From the NCBI GenBank assembly GCA_016220165.1, contig JACRIE010000040.1, forward strand, positions 16,364 through 80,363: DNA of 64,000 bases, written 5' to 3'. The translations under genes were made by a program, and so were the position numbers. The notes beneath the pieces are model-generated. The model ran no database searches and was not told the origin of the DNA. It saw only the letters and a program-made list of their open reading frames with translations. Shown here piece after piece: positions 60,142 through 64,000 of this stretch (its first letter is position 1; the number at the start of each line of letters is the position of its first letter). This DNA is from Candidatus Peregrinibacteria bacterium (GTDB lineage: Bacteria; Patescibacteriota; Gracilibacteria; UM-FILTER-43-11; JACRIE01).

Positions 60142-60741
60142 TCAATATTCCTGTCGCCCTTCCAGCGCGCGGCGGATCGTCTGACTGTCCGCGTACTCAA
60201 GATTGCCGCCCACGGGAAGCCCGCGCGCGATACGCGTCACGCGGCATTCAAGCGGCTTGAGGGCACGCATCAGATAAGCGGCCGTGGCTTCGCCTTCGAT
60301 GGAATGATTGAGCGCGAAAATGATTTCTTTAGGCGGTATCTTTTTGATCCGTTCGACCAGCTCCGCGATCTTGAGGTCGTCCGGCCCCACGCCGTCCATG
60401 GGCGAAATAACCCCGTGGAGCACGTGGTACACGCCTTTGTATTCGTTCGTTTTTTCGATCGCGATGAGATCAAGGAGCTCTTCCACGATACAGATGACGA
60501 ACCGATCGCGTTCCGGATTACTGCAAAGCTCGCAGGGATTTTTAGCGCTCAGATTGCAGCAAATACTGCAATACCCCAACCCGTCCTTCAGATGCAGGAT
60601 CGCGTCCGACAAAACCGCGAGATCCTGCTCCGGCTTCCGGAGTAAATAAAACGCGAGCCGTTCCGCGGTTTTCGGACCGATGCCGGGCAACCGGTTCAGC
60701 GCTTCAACGAGCCGTTGGATATTTTCGGGAAGGAGAGACAT
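60142..60741 (-). CDS. recR: recombination protein RecR
   Basis: LVEALNRLPGIGPKTAERLAFYLL (HhH), the C4 finger CSICCN..CELC, and the Toprim ICIVEELLDLIAIE. Its stop abuts the stop of the convergent 670-aa gene. Confidence 0.92.
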   Translation of the reverse strand: MSLLPENIQRLVEALNRLPGIGPKTAERLAFYLLRKPEQDLAVLSDAILHLKDGLGYCSICCNLSAKNPCELCSNPERDRFVICIVEELLDLIAIEKTNEYKGVYHVLHGVISPMDGVGPDDLKIAELVERIKKIPPKEIIFALNHSIEGEATAAYLMRALKPLECRVTRIARGLPVGGNLEYADSQTIRRALEGRQEY

Positions 60742-60749
60742 TTTTCAAT

Positions 60750-60847
60750 TTCTAATTTCTAATATCTAATTTCTAAATAAATTCTTTTTTTCTTTTTTAT
60801 TCTTAAAATTTGGGGTTTTATTAGAAATTAGTAATTAGATATTAGGC
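60750..60847. repeat. inverted arrays of tandem heptamers (4 x TTCTAAT ... 4 x ATTAGnn) in the suhB-recR intergenic region
   Basis: 60750-60777 reads TTCTAAT TTCTAAT ATCTAAT TTCTAAA. A 42-nt T-rich spacer follows. 60820-60847 reads ATTAGAA ATTAGTA ATTAGAT ATTAGGC. Confidence 0.75.
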
Positions 60848-61636
60848 ATTAATGACCGATAAAATCCGTTCATGCAGCGCCGTGCCATTGCTCGCCAGAA
60901 CGTCTGTCTTGCCCAAGTCAGCCGGGGGCGCCCACGGTTCTCCTATAAAAGTGGTTACTTTTCCGCCCGCCTCCCGGACGAGGAGCGCGCCCGCGGCCGC
61001 GTCCCATAGCGGCGCGCGATCAAGGAAATACGCTTCCGCGCGGCCGCTGGCCATCATGGCCATTTCGCATCCCGCGGAGCGGAATCGGATCAGATTGCTG
61101 AATTCGGTTCGCAAAAGCGCCAAACGTCTGGCCGAGGACGCCACGGGATCCGACGCCCTTCCATGGCAATAAAGAATGGAGGCTTCGGACGAAACGCCGA
61201 TGGAAGAAACTTGAATGGCTTCATTATTACAAAAACTTCCTTTGCCTTTTATAGCGGTGTATAAATCCCCTGTTATAGGCTCAAAAATCAGTCCCATAAC
61301 CGGCATATTCTTCTGAACCAAAGAAAGCATGGTGCAGAAAAACGGGATGCCGCGCACGTAATTCGTGGTTCCGTCCAAAGGATCGATAACCCAGTGGAAT
61401 TCCGATTGGGCGCGCTTATTTTCACCTTCTTCGCCCAAGATTCCATGAGTCGGAAACCGTTGCCGAATCGCTATCGCGTAAAATTTTTCAACAGCCCTGT
61501 CTAGATCCGTGACCAGATCATTAGGACCTTTCTTTTGATAAATTTGAGTCGCTTTCAGGCGTCGAAAATTTTCTTTTAAAAGCCTTCCTCCTTCGCGTAC
61601 CAGTTCTTCAGCCCATGACAGCATTTCCTGATTCAT
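60842..61636 (-). CDS. suhB: inositol monophosphatase family protein (SuhB-like)
   Basis: LVTDLDRAVE, GEEG, WVIDPLDGTTNY and WDAAAGALLVREAGG. Confidence 0.85.
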   Translation of the reverse strand: MNQEMLSWAEELVREGGRLLKENFRRLKATQIYQKKGPNDLVTDLDRAVEKFYAIAIRQRFPTHGILGEEGENKRAQSEFHWVIDPLDGTTNYVRGIPFFCTMLSLVQKNMPVMGLIFEPITGDLYTAIKGKGSFCNNEAIQVSSIGVSSEASILYCHGRASDPVASSARRLALLRTEFSNLIRFRSAGCEMAMMASGRAEAYFLDRAPLWDAAAGALLVREAGGKVTTFIGEPWAPPADLGKTDVLASNGTALHERILSVINA

Positions 61637-61639
61637 AGT

Positions 61640-62098
61640 TTAATAATGTTTTAAGACGCGCTGGATATCGCGTTTCATGCTTCGTTCCTTGATTTTTTCG
61701 CGTTTGTCGAACGCCTTTTTTCCGCGCGCCACCGCGATTTTAACTTTCGCGAACCGATTTTGCAAAAAAACGGACAGGGGTACCATGGTAACCCCCTCGG
61801 TGTTCAGACTGGCCTCAATTTTATTCAATTCCCGTTTTTTAAGCAGTAGCTCGCGATCCCGAAAGGGGTCATACATCGCATCGCTGTCGTATTGATAGCG
61901 ACTGATATTCGCTTTTTTAAGCCAAATCCGTCCGCCGCTCATACCGACGTACGCGCTTTTCAGGTGAATGCCGCCGCCGCGGATCGACTTGATTTCGGGT
62001 CCCGTCAAAATCATTCCTGCCACGAATTCTTCTAAAATTTCATAGTCGAAGTAAACCTTCTTATTGCGGATAATTTCCTTGTCCAATGGATTATTCAA
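61640..62098 (-). CDS. smpB: SsrA-binding protein SmpB
   Basis: NKKVYFDYEILEEFVAGMILTGPEIKSIR, LKKANISRY, RDRELLLKKRE and a basic C-terminal tail. Apparent TTG start. Confidence 0.9.
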   Translation of the reverse strand: MNNPLDKEIIRNKKVYFDYEILEEFVAGMILTGPEIKSIRGGGIHLKSAYVGMSGGRIWLKKANISRYQYDSDAMYDPFRDRELLLKKRELNKIEASLNTEGVTMVPLSVFLQNRFAKVKIAVARGKKAFDKREKIKERSMKRDIQRVLKHY

Positions 62099-62106
62099 AT
62101 TACAAG

Positions 62107-62134
62107 TTACGAATTACGATTTTAATTGTATAAT
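62107..62134 (+). promoter_or_regulatory. promoter-like site for tRNA-Ser (TTACGA-16-TATAAT)
   Basis: TTACGA at 62107-62112 and TATAAT at 62129-62134, 34 nt upstream of the tRNA. Confidence 0.4.
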
Positions 62135-62167
62135 GGAACGGATTTTTTATACACCTTCATTTTATAA

Positions 62168-62259
62168 GGAGAGATGGCCGAGTGGCTGAAGGCGCCGCTC
62201 TCGAAAAGCGGTTCCCGGTTTATATCGGGACGAGGGTTCGAATCCCTCTCTCTCCGCCA
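62168..62259 (+). tRNA. tRNA-Ser (anticodon CGA) with a long variable arm and encoded CCA
   Basis: Acceptor GGAGAGA/TCTCTCC, D-arm GCCGAGTGGCTGAAGGC, anticodon stem-loop CCGCT-CTCGAAA-AGCGG, a variable arm of about 20 nt, T-arm GAGGG-TTCGAATC-CCTC, discriminator G, and CCA. Confidence 0.9.
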
Positions 62260-62311
62260 TGAACCAGTCGAGGACTCCGGTTCATGGCGTCGCCCGTCTT
62301 CATCGTCAACC

Positions 62312-64000
62312 ATGCATTTTATCAATTCCATTCTGCCGGCCTTGGAGCATTTTCACGGATTGGGATATTGGGCTCTTTTTTTAGTCTCTTTTATTGAATC
62401 GCTCGCGTTCATCGGTTTTTTGGTGCCGGGAACGGCCTTGGTTCTTTTACTTATTAGCTTTCTTGTTTCTCAGGAAATCATGAACATTCCCCTGTTAATC
62501 GGTTTCGCGGCCGCGGGAGCTATTTTAGGCGATAGCGTCAGCTTTTATTTGGGGGCTAAAGGAGGCCGTTTTTTCAAAACCAAAGGCCGCGGTTTGAAAA
62601 AAGAATTCCTTGAAAAAGGCCGCCGATTTTTAAACCGCCATGGAAATAAAAGCATCCTTTTGGCCCGATTTATAGGCCCCCTTCGTCCGATCATCCCTTT
62701 TGCCGCCGGTTTTCTTAAAATGGACGCCGGAGAATTCCTTTTTTGGAATATTTCGAGCGGAATTTTTTGGGCGATCATTTTTGTTTCCTTGGGATTCTTT
62801 TTCGGCCAAACATGGCGAGTCATTGAAGCATGGGGATCGCGGGCTGGCATTTTTTTGATCGTTCTTTTCCTCCTCTTCTTTTTTCTCTACCTTCTTAAAA
62901 AACTTTTTACCGAAAAAGGGAAATCTTTATTAATCGCTTTTGGAATCTTTTGTTCTTCTATGATTCAATCCGTCACGGCCTCCCCCTTCGCTCATTCTTT
63001 AATCGCGCGATATCCCGGATTCTTTGATTTTTTAAAACACAGGCTTGATTCTAAAAAATTTTCCGGAAAGCCAATCACGCTCGCCAGTCTTGTATTTATC
63101 GGCTTCCTCTTTCTTTTTTGGGGAGCGACTGCACAATCCGCTTCGATCGTAGCCACAGACATACGGCTGGCCAACCTCTTTTTAGCATTTCGAACTCCTT
63201 TTTTAACAAACATTTTTTTGTGGATCACCTTTTTGGGAAGCGCTTACGCCCTCATCAGTTTCGCGTTTTCCTTCTCTCTCATTTTATGGATTCGGAATAG
63301 GGCGCGTTTCATTCTTCCTTTATGGCTCACGCTTCTGGGAAGTGAAATGACAGCGCTATTCCTTAAATCGACTCTCAATAATCTGCAACCGATTATCAAT
63401 AAGCATTGGCAAGACTTTTTTTCCTTCTCCTTCGTCCACACAACAGGGACGATAGCCTTTTACGGATTCATCACCTACCTCCTCGTTCGTCGCACCACAC
63501 GGCAAGAATGGAAAACCAAAATCAATTTCCTTTTCGGCGGATCAATATTTGTATTTTTAGTCGGAATCAGCCGCCTTTATTTAGGAGCCTATTTCTTCAC
63601 CGATATTCTGGGAGGGTATCTTCTGGGAATTTTATGGCTCGTCATCGGTATTATGCTCGCGGAATGGTCGCGCTGGAAACATCCCCTGCCCTCTTTGCGC
63701 CGTTTACGGCCTATAGCCATGGCCATAATTACCTTGTTTCTCATTACGCTGCCGGTGGCAGGAATCTTCTCGATTGCCTATCGCTACAATCCTTCTTTGG
63801 TATTTCCGCCTGCCCCCATCTACGAAACCATTCGACTCCCTTCTCCCGATGTCACGCTCGCCATTTTTGACATTTATCAGCTTCCCCGTACGGTTGAAAA
63901 TATCACGGGGAGGCCGCGCGAAGCTTTGAATTTTATCATAGTGACGTCCCAAAAAGAAGATCTGATTCATATTTTTAAACAAGCAGGGTGGAATGAGGCG
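62312..64000 (+). CDS. DedA family / PAP2-like / LssY_C-like fusion membrane protein (3' end outside the window)
   Basis: Absent from the ORF track because it has no stop in the window. Translation from the ATG at 62312 is open for 563 codons. DedA part: WALFLVSFIESLAFIGFLVPG...ILLARFIGPLRPIIPFAAG. PAP2-like part: KSTLNNLQP, SFSFVHT and SRLYLGAYFFTD. C-terminus: ...IVTSQKEDLIHIFKQAGW. Confidence 0.75.
   Translation, partial: MHFINSILPALEHFHGLGYWALFLVSFIESLAFIGFLVPGTALVLLLISFLVSQEIMNIPLLIGFAAAGAILGDSVSFYLGAKGGRFFKTKGRGLKKEFLEKGRRFLNRHGNKSILLARFIGPLRPIIPFAAGFLKMDAGEFLFWNISSGIFWAIIFVSLGFFFGQTWRVIEAWGSRAGIFLIVLFLLFFFLYLLKKLFTEKGKSLLIAFGIFCSSMIQSVTASPFAHSLIARYPGFFDFLKHRLDSKKFSGKPITLASLVFIGFLFLFWGATAQSASIVATDIRLANLFLAFRTPFLTNIFLWITFLGSAYALISFAFSFSLILWIRNRARFILPLWLTLLGSEMTALFLKSTLNNLQPIINKHWQDFFSFSFVHTTGTIAFYGFITYLLVRRTTRQEWKTKINFLFGGSIFVFLVGISRLYLGAYFFTDILGGYLLGILWLVIGIMLAEWSRWKHPLPSLRRLRPIAMAIITLFLITLPVAGIFSIAYRYNPSLVFPPAPIYETIRLPSPDVTLAIFDIYQLPRTVENITGRPREALNFIIVTSQKEDLIHIFKQAGWNEA

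Noticed and set aside
62168-62311. tRNA-Ser considered as an integration hotspot, with the hairpin atgaaccag..ccggttcat just after it.
   Set aside because: There is no direct repeat of the tRNA 3' end downstream within the window and no integrase. The downstream gene is an ordinary DedA/PAP2 membrane protein.
1-64000. An alternative genetic code (UGA recoding, as in some CPR lineages).
   Set aside because: Conserved genes (rmuC, recR and the 1055-aa gene) terminate at TGA at the expected length. No conserved gene is interrupted by an in-frame TGA.
1-64000. A diversity-generating retroelement, retron, prophage or defence island.
   Set aside because: There is no reverse transcriptase, integrase, phage structural gene or known defence ATPase or nuclease module. 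The only long non-coding duplicate is the promoter-leader pair, which shows no adenine-specific mismatch pattern.

Overview
This is a gene-dense bacterial chromosome segment with about 60 CDS and one tRNA. I see no rRNA, CRISPR array, transposase or integrase. The standard genetic code applies: conserved genes end in TGA and carry no internal TGA.

The gene style suggests a Candidate Phyla Radiation / Patescibacteria-type genome (inference). Supporting traits are compact housekeeping genes, weak or absent Shine-Dalgarno sequences, TGnTATAAT extended -10 promoters, many lineage-specific secreted or membrane proteins, tandem TrbC/VirB2-like mini-pilins, SLH-anchored hydrolases and a sortase.

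Recognised core genes are pnp (5' end), rpsO, lgt, priA, ppsA, recF, rpsA, ylxR, a UvrD/PcrA-like helicase-nuclease, rmuC, metG, ftsA-like, purA, maf, an S41 protease, glyA, 5-formyl-THF cyclo-ligase, dnaX, der, rpsU, ybaB, mltG, secA, hrcA, ruvC, a VIT1-type transporter, recR, suhB-like, smpB, tRNA-Ser(CGA) and a DedA-PAP2 fusion.

Main observations:
1. A family of GC-rich palindromic hairpins (outer arms CCTGAAGGCG/CGCCTTCAGG, common core AGGCGAGGAT-N4-ATCCTCGCCT) forms terminator-like hairpins at two intergenic sites. The same family sits in frame inside priA, recF, the helicase-nuclease (twice) and an M23/SLH peptidase. Every intragenic copy is read in the same hydrophilic frame, (S/T)PEGEDxxxRL.
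2. A promoter plus leader module of about 120 nt, with a 38-nt identical core and mutually exclusive 13-bp pairings, is duplicated in front of two loci made only of uncharacterised proteins. One is a 1356-aa HExxH protein. The other is a 166/732/86/670-aa membrane operon. A third hairpin of the same family precedes five tandem pilin-like genes. I propose these three loci form a dispersed regulon for an undescribed envelope or secretion apparatus.
3. A SAM-I riboswitch precedes an MmtN-like methionine S-methyltransferase, a homocysteine S-methyltransferase and metG, which would make a putative S-methylmethionine cycle.
4. The PriA homologue has no Walker A and a degenerate motif VI.
5. Base composition is a block-wise GC mosaic, judged by eye only.

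All family assignments come from motif recognition, not from database searches.
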